64,000 bases of DNA. Source: Eledone cirrhosa. Lineage: Eukaryota. Below, piece by piece: positions 26,850 to 39,947 of the stretch. Under the pieces are notes generated by a model, which saw nothing but the letters and a program-made list of their open reading frames with translations, made no database searches and was not told the origin of the DNA. Each line of letters starts with the position of its first letter. Within the stretch, counting starts at the first letter, position 1. The DNA lies in NCBI GenBank assembly GCA_964016885.1, contig OZ024740.1:182280001-182344000 (forward strand), in the 5' to 3' direction. A program made the translations under genes and the position numbers.

Positions 26850-27120
26850 CAGTCTTGTCTTTTGCACACTATACCTAATTCCTCTTCTATCAAGTTTATT
26901 TCTTAAAAAAATTGTGTTCCATGCTCAAGCACACTAACATTACACATTTAGCACAAAATGATCACTTCACTTTTTCAAGCCTTTACAAATCCTTCAGGTG
27001 CAAACACCATACAATCTCTCCTTCACTCTGAGAGAAAAAAACTTTTATTGCCAACAGTCGGACTAGTTTCTTGGACATTTCCATCTTATTCTGACATTAT
27101 CAACTGTGCTTACAGAATAC
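26850..27120 (-). mobile_element. Old RTE relic, continuing 22390-22590
   Basis: Degenerate similarity to the RTE ORF C-terminus on both sides of the young RTE. Confidence 0.55.
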
Positions 27121-28046
27121 TTAACTAATAGTGATTAATTAGGTCAACCAGGTAACTTCTAAGAAGCCTTCTGAGCACATGAAAATAAAGTGTCTTGTTC
27201 AAGGACATAATGCAATACCCAATCCAGGAATTGAACTTGTAATCTCACAATTGAAAATCCAATTTCCTAATCACTAAGGCATGCTTTCACGTACAATAAG
27301 TATATCATGATAAACTGCATCCAGTACACTTTGTAAAGTGACTGACAATCTAACAGAGATAACATAGGATAGAGAGGATTCTATAATGATATCAAAGATA
27401 TGACAACCTCTATAGAGTTAGTGACATGACACCAGAAGACTTTGTAAAGAAGTTAGTGTTAGGAAGGTTATCCAGCCATAGAAATTATGTCAAAATGGAA
27501 TATATAAGTGACTTGTGATCATGCAACTTGTCTGAATATAAACTAACTTGGAGCATCCAACTTATGCCAGTAAAAATAATCAATGAAAAATGATGAATTC
27601 CTAATCATATATAAGTTTGAAATACACATAATGTCAAGGCAAAGACTGACAAATTTCCATTCATGTCACAAAAACCAGGTTGGGAAGTTACTCTTTGATA
27701 AATGTAGATATATGCTAGCAGTAACAATATATATGCATGTGCTTGTGTGTGGGGATGGGAGGGGTAAGGAGGTCTACAAATGTGACTATTTTCATGGTGC
27801 TAGTTCCCAAGGGAGCATATTCTTGTAATAGGCTTCAGATTAAATAGGAAGACAGCCTAATAATAAGATTGTCTTCATGGCTCTGATTGTTAATAGGCTT
27901 CATGTTATGATTCATGAAAACCAGTAGTCATAATAGAGAGGTCAATGCATAGACAAGATTGAGATGTACATGTTTGTCTTTTAATAATAAATAAATCTAA
28001 ATCATCTTACTTCGAATGTCTTTCACTGACTCTCTGAACATATAGA

Positions 28047-28253
28047 TAATGGTTTCTGATTTAGGCACAAAGCCAGCAATTTAGGGGCAACCCCAGTTTA
28101 TTACTGGTACTTTATTTTATCGACCCCGTAAGGAAGAAAAGCAAAGCTAATCTTGGCAGGATTTGAATGATTTAAACTGAGAACATAAAGGCTATAACTC
28201 TCTGCTGTGAAGTAGGATATCCGACACTCTACCGTCACTCCCTATTGCCACCC
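28047..28253 (-). mobile_element. OK-like SINE, diverged
   Basis: Consensus match; flanking repeat CTGAA.ATATAGATAAT. Confidence 0.8.
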
Positions 28254-29235
28254 TTCTGAAGATATAGATAATAAAAAGTTATAATAACAATAATTCATTG
28301 TGTAACTTACATTAAATTGAATTTAGCTCTTAACCCCATGATGTAGCAGAAAATATCTGAAAATAGGTTTGTTACTTCAAATATTGATAGTGTCTTTATT
28401 AGGGGACAAATAGTTGTGGAATTTTGCAGTACAGTAAAAAGTCTAACTTTTAATGTGATGCAGTAATAAAGCTATTTTGTACTTTTGAAGAATGTCTTAC
28501 TAATGAAGAGATACCAGACATTAAGAGTTAAAAAGATAAGTATATAGACTATATTAACCTAAATTGAAAATTAGGAGTATATATATATACACAGAGAAAC
28601 ATATAAACACCAGCAAGAATGAAACACACACACATTTATCTTTTAACAATGAATAATATAAAACCATTTCATTTACACTCTGACCCCACAGGCAATAAGA
28701 AGCTAGTAGTAACAATAATTAATTCTGCAACATAAATATATTGATAGGTTGAGACAATTGATATATCTTACTTGCAATATCTTCTACAAATTCCTTCGTA
28801 TGTGACATAAGTGAACATTTAAAATTAATTTTCTTTTTAATATCTCTTATTTACTGAGTTGTGGAAGTATATTGTAATAATGGTTTCTGTCTAAGTTTTA
28901 AGGACAAATTTAATTTTAAATATACATTTAGTTTTAGTCCTCATAATGTATTCTCAACACACAAATACACATACATACACACATTCAATTTTAATCTTCT
29001 CTTTCATGGCCAATTATAGTTGCGATGCAAATATTATTAGGCATTGAGACAAGTGTTGCAACATCTAGCCATATTGTGAAAGAATATTAAAACTGAACAT
29101 AAACTGTTTATAGCATTGAGTTGTTGTCTTTTCACTGAGGATTACCATTGCTAGTGTGATCTTTATGTATATGCACACGCACACACATACAGATACACTC
29201 ACACACACAGACACACACACATATATATATATATA

Positions 29236-29450
29236 TATAAAGAAAAAGAGATGAAGTCGAAAATGCAACTGAAGTCTTATTTTTTTTTTAAATATATATA
29301 TTTATTTGGTTCGTTTACAGGTTTCGCAGTTCTTCTGCTTTTCAAAAGCAGAAGAACTGCGAAACCGGTAAAGGAACCAAATAAATATATATATTTTTTT
29401 TAAAAATAAGACTTCAGTTGCATTTTCGACTTCATCTATTTTTCTTTATA
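29236..29450. repeat. Near-perfect palindrome of about 215 bp made of a PLE terminal (hammerhead-containing) segment
   Basis: Arms are reverse complements, centre at about 29343; contains AAAAGCAGAAGAACTGCGAAACCGGTA. Confidence 0.9.
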
Positions 29451-29505
29451 CTTTCACTCGTGTAGGACACCTCGGTTATTTTTCATTTTGTAAAAAAAAC
29501 CTCAC

Positions 29506-29537
<32 letters not shown>

Positions 29538-29549
29538 TTATGCTTGACA

Positions 29550-29692
29550 AGTGGAGTGCATGGAAAAGCAGACGTAAAAATGGTTTCATTTGATGTTGTG
29601 AACATATATAGTAACATCCCTCTTGACAATGGAATTGAAGCTATCCGATACTGTATAAATACATTCCCCCATGAGCTACCAGACAGTATTAA
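29550..29692 (+). mobile_element. Penelope-like RT fragment
   Basis: MVSFDVVNIYSNIPLDNGIEAIRY, the PLE RT motif (SFDVxxLYTNIP). Confidence 0.8.
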
Positions 29693-29694
29693 CT

Positions 29695-30056
29695 GGCTGT
29701 TATCCAAAGGACAGAAAAGAATAATATGCTGTTGAATGAGGATAAGTTTGAATTAATCCACTTTGGAAAAAAGGATGCCCTGAAACTACCATACTCTCTT
29801 TCTTTGGGTGAAACTCTAGTGGCATCCATCAACATCAGATACCTGGGAGTAATTGTGGACAATAACATAAGCTGGGCTACTCATATAAACAGCACAGTTG
29901 ACATGGCCCGCTGAATGTGTTCCTGGATTCTCAGAACCTTCCAGTCGAGAGATATCCACACTGTTATCCTTCTCTTCTCCACTTTTGCCCGACCCCACCT
30001 TGAATACTGTTGTCCACTGTGGTCTCCCCACACGAAACAAAGTATCATGAGAGTTG
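29695..30056 (+). mobile_element. CR1-group LINE RT C-terminal fragment
   Basis: NNMLLNEDKFELIHFG...RYLGVIVDNNISWATHI...RPHLEYCCPLWSPH. Confidence 0.82.
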
Positions 30057-30172
30057 GAATTCCTTTCATTAATATGATCTTCTATACACAATCATACACA
30101 CCCGTGTATATTTATATATATATATATAAATAAATATACATGGGTGTGTATGATGTTGATGGATGCCACTAG

Positions 30173-30312
30173 AGTATCAAGGTGTAGAGTTAGACAGAGT
30201 GTAATATAATAATACAAGGATGAGTGGTTACTCCTTCATTACGTAATGAAGGAGTAACCACTCATCCTTGTATTGTTATATTACACTCTGTCTAACTCTA
30301 CACCTTGATACT
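30173..30312. repeat. 140-bp near-perfect palindrome
   Basis: Centre CATTACGTAATG at 30242/30243. Confidence 0.92.
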
Positions 30313-30439
30313 GACGTGAACCTAAACATCATGCTCACCCGGTGAACATACAGTAACTCCTCGTTACACTCTCTGGATATATATATATGCATACAAATAT
30401 AAGTGCATACCATATACAGTATATAAATGCATCACATAG

Positions 30440-31895
30440 TGGATGCACAGATAAATAATCGTAGATTAAATAAGAAGAAAGAAGGAGATAGATATGCATT
30501 CTGTTTGGGGGTTACTAAAAAATGTTAAGTGATCTTATACAAAATGTACTAATGACGTTGAACTACTTAGATTTTCTTCCTGAAAGAGTGACAATGTATA
30601 TGATACCAACATTTAAAGCTGTTTGAGTTAGCTCTGGTATATACCTTGCTATTCGCATCCGTAGATATAGTACATTGATAAACTAAATTTTCAGTTACAC
30701 AATCAATATTAAGCGGGCAGGTCGAAGGGTTTCTACAGTTACAGTTTGTTAGATATTACGTAATTATTAGGGTTAGAACCTTGACGATGGATCTTTGTGT
30801 CGAAGTTATGATTATTGCTGCTGTTACGACCACTTCTATATTGCCTTGGTTAGTACTATATTTTCTGATTTTCATATTGTTGCTAGACATTACATAGTTA
30901 ACTAGATTAGGAGTAGTAGAGTAAGATATGTCTACAATGTTCTTATTTAGGTACTGTATAGTAACGGTAGATTGGAAGAAAGTGTTTTGCAAGGATATTA
31001 AAAAATAGTTTTGGTATATAAGATGCAATGATTCCTAAATGGTGAGTTAAACCATATAGTGTACTTCCTGCGAGTAGATTTAATATTTCTCTGCAGTGGG
31101 TAACCTTTTTTAAATCTAAGCTGGTTATCGTTTAACGTATTAAGTTTCGGTCTACTGTTACTTGTATACGTTTTTGATTTAGGATTTACGCCAGGCCGAT
31201 TCAGGATATGTACGTTGTTGATGTCGTTACAGTAGGTGTTAGCCCTGTTACTGATATTATTTCATTTGTGTCTGTAGTTCTCACACTTTGTGGGTTTTAT
31301 CCTGTTACTGTTGCTCTGTTACTACTATTATTTCTTATACGTTCCCTTGCCATTCTGAGTTCAAATCCCGCCGAGGTTAACTTTGCCTTTCATCCTTATG
31401 GGGTCGATAAAATAAAGTACCAGTAATACACTGGGTAATTGTTGGCCTTGTGCCAAAAGTAGAACAATTATTTCTTATACGTTTGTTGTTCCCATAATAT
31501 GTGTTTTCTACATTACCACTATTTTCACTGGGTTTGTGATTATCGCTATAATTACTATTTTTGCCATTGTCCTATTGAATAGTGAACAATTTTTCAGTTT
31601 AAGTGCATCTTTATTGTTTGAATTGGATTTATGAAGAGTCATATTAAGCGAGATAAGGTTTTTAAAATGTTTGCTCATTACCAATTGTATCACTATATCC
31701 AGATCTATGCAGTGCTTCATTGTAATATTGAGTGCGCTGATCGAAGCCAGGCTGGTTAGAAGAGAATCTGGAGATACGGTTAATTGTTGACAATTAATTT
31801 TAGGATTGATCTTGGATGGTTGTACTGATTATTAACATAGAATAGATATTCGCCTGGTTTATGAAAGGATTTATATAGACCGGACTCTATGGGGA
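30440..31895 (-). mobile_element. Penelope-like element 3' part (RT thumb to GIY-YIG endonuclease), decayed
   Basis: Minus-strand LYKSFHKPGEYLFYVNNQYNHPRSIL near 31.85 kb, ISYSTTPNL, and CNCRNPSTCPLNIDCVTENLVYQCTI near 30.7 kb. Confidence 0.78.
31343..31471 (+). mobile_element. 5'-truncated OK-like SINE nested in the PLE
   Basis: Consensus match; TSD TATTTCTTATACGTT. Confidence 0.9.
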
Positions 31896-34800
31896 TATTA
31901 AACAATTGATATGTTTCAAAAACCTGGTAAAATGCAGTAGAAATATGTAAAGGCTAAAGGATGGAAAATGAAACAACAAAAGTAATGTTTTACCTAATAT
32001 ATTTAAACATGATATTTCAGTGCTAAAACTCTCTTTTTAAATGTGAAATGGAAACAGTTCAAATCAAAAATGTACGGTCGATGCATTCTTTGTTAACTAG
32101 TCTACATGTCTGCAATACACATGTATGGAATTGTTATAGTAACGAATCTGCTACGTGCATCTCTAATCTATTTTTTATTTGTGGCTTTTTCTTGATGATA
32201 ATAGCGTTTTTGATTCTTAAATTTTCCACAATACTTGGTGTCGTTTTTATCTATAATCCTTTGTATTTTCATATATTTCTACCCCATTTTACCGACTTTT
32301 TAAAACATATCAGTTGTCTATCACATATTTCTCACAATGCTTCTTATTAACTATACTAATATATATATATATAATTAATAAAAAGTACAAATACAATATG
32401 GTTTATTCCTTCTTTCAGCCTTCAAATGCAATTGCTGTTGTAGAGGTGGTAGCATGACATACGATATATCTGAGATATTTTAAATCTTTTGGTTCAAAGT
32501 TGTCCTTGGCAGAATCGGAACTGAGAATGTAGAGTAAGACACCTAAATAGTGCAAGGCATTTTATCTAGCGCGCTAAGTATTCTGCCAATCCATGTAAGG
32601 ATAAGAAATGTAATATGATAAAAAGTACATAGATTTAAAGTATGTATGATAATAATGTTTACACTTGAATATTCACCAAACCCTTTTCAGATATTCTAAC
32701 ATAATTGGTTTAAGAAATTAAAACATGTAAAATGCATGTCATAAGCCTTGTTCTATTGTTTTCCTTCTTATTTCTAACTTCATGTAGTACTATGTGTAAT
32801 CCATTTATATAAATTACGAAAATTAAATATGCACAAAATATATTTTTGAAAATCAGTCATGGCAAAGTGTGAGGAGGACAATTAAGAATCAGGAGAAATA
32901 TATGTAGAATTTAGTTTTAAAATATAAGCCTTGTAGAAAGAAATGGGAGGAGATATGGTTGATGTATTCAGAGAAAGAATAATCATATATTTTAAATTAA
33001 AGATTCTGGTTTTGTCTTTGCTTTAATTGCTTAAAAGAAAATAAGAAATAAGTTAAACAAAGTAAACTACCTACCAGGGGTAAACAAATACAAAATATAT
33101 CCAAGAATCATATTCGTTACACGCACAAAAAAAAATTCAGTTTTGAATACTGAATTTTAACAAGAATTACATTTGGAAAGGAATTCAAATTGCAATCAGC
33201 TTCTACTACAAGTATAAATTCTTAATTAGGTACTTTCAAAAAGAAAAAAAAACACAAAAAGGAAGAAGAAAGTGATTGTTACTTGCAATTAACGCTTGCA
33301 TTTATTCTATGTTAGAATTAATCAAGTGATGTATTATGAAAGTGAATAACACATTTATCATTTGTACAAAATGAAATGAAACCTCATATCAAAAGATATA
33401 ATAGATTTTGTTGTACAGGAATAAAATATGATATCTATCAAAACCAGATTGAATTAAATCCTCTGCAATCAATTCATAGTATTTATCTGTATTACACATA
33501 TATATTTGTGAATAGAAGTGTGTGTAATCATCTTCAACATCATCATCATCATTTAGCGTCTATCTTCCACGCTAGCATACGTTAGATGGGAATTGTCCCA
33601 CTTGAGGCAAGATTGGTCGGGTGACCGTGTCTCACTTGTATAGGACTATCTGGCAGGTTTTCTATGGCTGGATGCCCTTCCTAACACCAACCACATTTAC
33701 AGTGTGGACTGGGAGCTTTTTACCGTGTTATCTACATGGCCACATTACAATGTGGACTGTGTGTTTTTTTGTCATGACACCTACACAACCTCATTAGTTT
33801 TGACTGGATGTTGTGGTACCAACATAACTTTACAGAAAAAGGGTGGTGTTGGTGGGAGTGGGAGGATGGAATACGAGCAGAGGGTTGGGGTGTATATTTG
33901 GTTAAAGGGGCCTACTGACTGTAGGTTTCGCTTTGTACATAGGCAAGGCAGGTCTTCTGTATTACTGCATGGTGCCAAAGATCTCATTCCAGAGACATTG
34001 TCTTAGAGAGGTGCAAGTGTGTAAGGTCGGAATTTATCAAAACTTCCCAGCTTTTTCTGGGTCTACCTACTCCATAAATTCCATCAATTTTGATCGCACT
34101 GCACGTTTTTATACAGCTGTCGTCTTTCATGTGCCTCACGTGACCATACCAACGTAGTCTTCTCTCAAGTAAACAGCATCTGATCCCTCTTATTCCTAAT
34201 TTTTCACTTAGTTCAATTATGTTTTGCTGTTCGCATATATTACTATTACACATCCAACGGTGCAAGCATGCTTTGTTCCTTTTCAGTCTGTGCAGGTCCT
34301 CTGCAAACAATGCCCATGTCTCACTGCCATGTAACATTGCTGCTCGTATACAGGCATCATACAATCTGCCTTTCATTTTTAGAGAGAGCGTTTGTGGCCA
34401 ACAGAGATATAAGCTCTCTGAACTTTTTCCATCCCGTTCTGACTCTGGCTACTGTACTTTCAGAGCACCCTCCATCACTGCTGCTTTTGTCACCCAGGTA
34501 ACGGAAAGTGTCCACTATTTCTATAGAATCATCTGGGCAATAGAAGGAGCTAGTATATTGTGGTCACTTGCTACTTATTGCACCTGAGCATTGGCCACAT
34601 ATAAAATCTACATTCTTAGATAGCTTACCTGTGATCCCACTACATCTTTTATGTACCCATAGTTTGCATTTGACATAAAATGGAATTTCTACCTACTTCT
34701 TTCCTACACACTGAGCATGGCCATTTCCCAGAGGGCACCTGTGCCCTATTTTCCTTTCTACATACTAGAACTTTAGTCTTAGACAAGTTACCTTTAAGGC

Positions 34801-35237
34801 CTTTTGATTCTAGGCCATGCTTCTATGTTTGGAATTTGTTCTCTAGTTCAGCCATAGATTCAGCTATGAGAGTTAGATCATCTGCATATAGAAGTTCCCA
34901 TGGGCAGCCTTAAACTCCTCTGTTATAGCCTGAAGGGCAATAATAAATAGGAGGGGTAAGACAGAGCCTTGATGAACACCAACTTTTACATTAAATTCTT
35001 CACTATACTCATTGTTAATTCTGACTGTTTTTTTATACATGGCTTGTATAGCTCTCACAGCCCATTCATCTACACCTATTGTTCTAAGGGCTCACCAGAT
35101 AATGGAACCGGGAACTCTGTCAAAGGCTTTCTCCAAGTCTACAAAAGCTAAGTAAAGAGGTTTACTTTTAGCTAGTAAGTAAAGGGGTTTACTTTTAGCT
35201 AGGTACTTCTCCTGTAGTTGTCGTACAAGGAAAAGAG

Positions 35238-35577
35238 CATCATCATCATCATCATCATCATTTTATGTCCGCTTTTCCCTGCTTCCAAGGGTGGGACGGG
35301 AACTGTCTGGGTTGATTTCTACAGCTGGATGCCCTTCCTAACACCAACCTCATTTACAGTGAGTGCTGGGTGCTTTTTTGCCGTGGCACCTCCACGACCA
35401 CTTTGCAGTGGAATGATATGAACCCCAGTCCCTATCATCTCATTTCTACAGCTGAGTAAACTGGAGCAATGTGAAATAAAGTGTCTTGCTCAAGGAAACA
35501 ACACATCACCCGGTCTGAGAATTGAAGTCACAATATTTCGATTGCAAGGCTCTAACCACTAAGCCATGTGCCTCCAT
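35238..35577 (-). mobile_element. Full-length tRNA-headed SINE with RTE family B tail (OR-like)
   Basis: TGGAGGCACATGGCTTAGTGGTTAGAGC head, central CCTTGAGCAAGACAC, GGAAGGGCATCCAGC motif, tail shared with the RTE at 45507. Confidence 0.88.
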
Positions 35578-35599
35578 CGTATATATATATATATATATA

Positions 35600-35949
35600 T
35601 TTTCATTCATTTTCATTTCATTTCATTTTACGTCCACTTTTTCCTGCTTGCAAGGGTGGGACGGGAACTGATTCTGGCTTGATTTCTACAGCTGGATGCC
35701 CTTCCTAACACCAACCTCATTTACAGTGAGTGCTGGGTGCTTTTTTGCCGTGGCACCTCCACGTCCACTCTGCAGTGGAATGATATGGACCCCAGTCCCT
35801 ATCATCTCATTTCTACAGCTGAGTAAACTGGAGCAATGTGAAATAAAGTGTCTTGCTCAAGGAAACAACACATCACCCGGTCTGAGAATTGAACTCACAA
35901 CCTTTCGATTGCAAGGCCAATGCTCTAGCCATTAAGCCATGTGCCTCCA
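35600..35949 (-). mobile_element. Second tandem copy of the same SINE
   Basis: Near-identical to 35238-35577, with a (GAAAT)n-like tail. Confidence 0.88.
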
Positions 35950-35964
35950 TATATATATATATAT

Positions 35965-37238
35965 ACTCAGCAATACTAAATAAGTACATCCCTAATGACC
36001 CAGCGCACCAGCATAGCAACATACAACGCACTAACACGCAACTACAACCCCACCAAACTATCCAGGATACTACTGCAAAACATAAAAATAATTGTAACTG
36101 CACCAAACCAGGTACGTGCCCACTGAATAACCAGTGCCTAGCACGCAATATTGTCTACCGATGTACAATAAATTCCGGAACCAACAAATGGTATTACGTC
36201 GGATGTACCACAACTTCTTTCAAAGCTCGCCTATACCAACATCGATCTTCGATCAGGCACGAGAAAATGCGCTCCGTAACAACCCTCGCCGATGAAGCCT
36301 GGCAGCTCCGGAGGAACAATCAAGCATTCTCCCTTGATTGGCAAATTATTGCACTGCGCCTGCATATAAGCAAAATCATCGATTCTGTAAATTATGCAAT
36401 ATGGAGATATACTGCATTTTAACGTCGGTAAACAAACTTTTGAACAGCAAAATTGAACGTTCACTGTACTGTAACCATCGTTTGAAAACGACTTTTTCTT
36501 TTTTTAAATGCATATAATGTTACCTTTTTACACCACCGTTTGCAAATTTCTGTTTTATATGTTTATACACAGGATATGGCTTTCTATAATAATTGTTTCT
36601 ACTTTAGGCACAAGGCCAGCAAATTACCCAGTGCATTACTGGTACTTTATTTTATCGACCCCGTAAGGATGAAAGACAAAGTCAACCTCGGCAGGATTTG
36701 AACTCAGATCGTAAAGGGACGTGATGGCTTTCTATAATAATAGTACTAAACACTGTTTTCTGGACCCCTTTAGAAATAACCTGCTACTATAATAGCCCCT
36801 ATAACTTGTCTGTAACTCTGTACCACTTTGACCCCTTTAACTAAATGTTGTCCAAACAACACCACTAGAAGAATTTACTTCCCCCACCAACCCTAACACG
36901 CCTCATTAAGCTAACTGCTGCCAAAACATTCTCTCCTTACAATCTCTACTAGTCTGACAGTCTTAAATCCTAGGGCTCCCTCCCCCTTACTCACTTCCCT
37001 CTTCCCCTTCTCTTCCTACCTCCTTCTTTCTCTTTTATCTAGTGTATAAAATATTTTCATATCATTCCAATACAAAGGTCTGACGACATGGTGTGTTTGC
37101 TTACAGTGTACCTTCGGTTTATAATAATATTTTTATATTATTCAAATAGCGAGGTATAGGTAACCCATACACTATAGAAACAAGTGTTACTTAATAAATT
37201 CTTTATACCCGCATTTCCGTTTCATAAACTTCTTCTCC
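35965..37238 (+). mobile_element. Penelope-like element 3' end: GIY-YIG endonuclease plus terminal region with a hammerhead-like motif
   Basis: CNCTKPGTCPLNNQCLARNIVYRC...YYVGCT..SFKARLYQH...TTLA..W.L; CTGACGA...GAAA at 37080-37180; flanked by repeated CTCCA(TA)nC. Confidence 0.87.
36590..36723 (-). mobile_element. Truncated OK-like SINE inside the PLE
   Basis: TSD ATGGCTTTCTATAATAAT. Confidence 0.9.
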
Positions 37239-39559
37239 ATATATATATATATATACATCTGTGGTACTTTTACCTGACACAAACCCAAACTGCATTTCAT
37301 CTAGATCAATTTGATCTCTGATTATTTGTGCTATAAGTCTTTCTGTGACTTTCATGACTTGGTCAACTAACTTATGCCTCTATAGTTTCCCCTATCTAGA
37401 GCTTCTCTTTACCCTTGTAGCAGTTAATGATGATGCTGCTATGCCAGTCATTTGGTATGACCCCATTCTGTATTACTTGGTTTACTATCCGAATGACCAT
37501 AGTATGTCCCACCATTCCAGATGCTTTCAACATCTCAGCAACTATCTCCGAAGGCCCAGCTGCCTTGCCTGTCTTCATATCTTTGATTGCCTTACTTATT
37601 ATACTACCTTTAACTTGCACCGTTGGTCCTTCTATTGGATCGATTTGGGGCAGACTCTCTTTTTCACATTTTTCTCCTCATTTAGTAGTCACTCATAGTG
37701 ACACTTCCAAGCTACCTTCATATCAGTATTAGTGAGGGCAAGTACACCATCATCATTACAGTTTTCCTTGACACATTGACTTGCAATCCTGACACCTCAC
37801 GTTTTTGAATCTCGCATTGTAGAACCTGCTTGAACTTCCCTTCTTGCAAAGTACACTTGTCTCCTAGCTTCTCTGATGGCCACTTGATAGTGTTCTCTAC
37901 TTCCCCCATCCTGCCATACTTTCCAAGCCTGCTTTTGGCCTTGATTGTCTCCTCCACCTTACTGTTCCACCATCAAGTTACTCTCCTCCTGCTTATATGT
38001 CTGCTCCAGCCAAAGATTTCATCTGTCACCTTCAGCAGGTTAACTTTCAAGAATTCCCACTGTTCATCTATATTGTGCGTCTCTAATTGCTCTTCCTTAC
38101 TGTCAAAAACATCAAGTAATATGCTTTTAAATTTTTTACTGGCTGTGGGTTGCTTCAACTTCCATATTCTTCATCTCAGGGTAGTCATCCTCTGTCGTTG
38201 AGTACGTCTAGTCCTCACTATGAGGTCACTAACTATGAGTCTATTTTGGGAGTTGAATTCTTCACAGGGGAGGGATTTAGAGTTTTTACAACAAACACTC
38301 TGTCATGTCTTCTGGTAAGGATATAATCTATATGGCTGACGTGTTCACCTGATCTATAGGTGATCAAGTGATTGTTCATTTTTTGAAGTTTTGTTACATA
38401 TAGTTAGGTTATTAGCATCACAGAATTCCAGGATTCTGAAGCCTTCATCATTTTTAGTTCCAAACCCATACCCTCCACGAACTCCGTCATAGCCATCACA
38501 ATGTTGTCCAACATGAACATTGAGGTCGCCAGCAATAATTATGTAGTCACTGTCGGTTATTTGGGAAGTAGTGAGCATTAGCGACTCATAGAATCTGTCT
38601 TTTATAACGTCAGGTAGGCCAGATTGGGGTGCATAAGTGGATATTATTGTCACAGTAGTTCTATTAGTTCTATTCTGTCGTTCACTCTATTTATGGCAAT
38701 TACCTTATCTATCCATTTTTCTGCTAACATAATTCCTACTCCACCCAGCCTATTGTTATTTCCCACCCAGAAAACTTTATAGCATTGTTTATTACCCACA
38801 ATGAATCTAGCAGACCCACCCCTCCACCTAGTCTCTTGAACACAACAAACATCAACTTCCTTACGTTCAAGCATCTCTACACCCTCTTTAGAGCAACCTT
38901 TCAAAGTGGCTACATTCATGGTACCAACTTTGAAGTTTTGAATTTCGTTTGATGGGTGGAAGGTATGGGTTGGAGGTGCAGGAAGGGGTGTGGGAGATGG
39001 AATTGTGTTGGCCCTCCGTGTCTGAAATAAAGGGGTGTCATTGAGTGTTCAGATTGGTCAGACTCTCCAAATTCTGTAGTCCATTTAAGCATATAGAAAA
39101 GCAACCAGGTATGAAATTAAGGAGTAATAGCCGAGGTGGTGGCTTTGTGATAGAGATTGGTAAGAGAAACATACTATAAACCGCTGAATTATGATTGCAC
39201 CAAATAGCAATGGCGGTGTGTGGTAGCGAGGGAGTGGAGTGTAAATGGGAAAGTTTACGAGAATATTATTTTTAGAAAGGTCCGATAGATTTATCCATAT
39301 TATTGAAAAGATTAGATTCTAAGTTAAACGAACATATAACAAATAACAGTTTAAATACTGATAGGTAAATGAACTATGAATTTGGAGAGACCACAAGAAA
39401 ATGAACTGCATACATTACATTTCTCAAATCAACAATTCGGCAGTAAGGTTCATGTATATGTATAAATATATGTGTGTATTCATGTGTATGTGTTAAGTTT
39501 ATATGTATGTATGAATGTAAGTTTCTGTGCATTTATTATTATCATGATTAATTTAGCTG

Positions 39560-39679
39560 TCTGAGTTCAAATTCCGCCGAGGTTAACTTTGCCTTTCATC
39601 CTTACGGGGTCGATAAAATAAAGTACCAGTAATGTACTGGGTAATTGCTGGCCTTGTGCCTAAAGTAGAAACAATTATT
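39560..39679 (+). mobile_element. Truncated OK-like SINE
   Basis: TSD TTAATTTAGCTGT. Confidence 0.9.
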
Positions 39680-39858
39680 AATTTAGCTGTGCTATTACAC
39701 CAGTGACTCAAAGTTCAGGAGTTTCATGCACACCCTTGAAACACTGGTATAAATTTGCAGCTATAATAAAATAAACTATATCTCCCTCTATCCATATACT
39801 AAGTTTCATTTCTCCTGTTTGCACAGTCAGACCTCCACTCCGTATATATATATATATA

Positions 39859-39877
39859 TATTGAGATCTTATTCATA

Positions 39878-39947
<70 letters not shown>

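Larger units (their letters stand above)
33538..39250 (-). mobile_element. Older full-length RTE LINE (family A), interrupted by a 2-kb nested block
   Basis: Colinear with 22590-26300 (APE 38.3-38.9 kb, RT 34.0-35.2 and 37.3-38.2 kb, same 3' UTR); many frameshifts. Confidence 0.9.
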
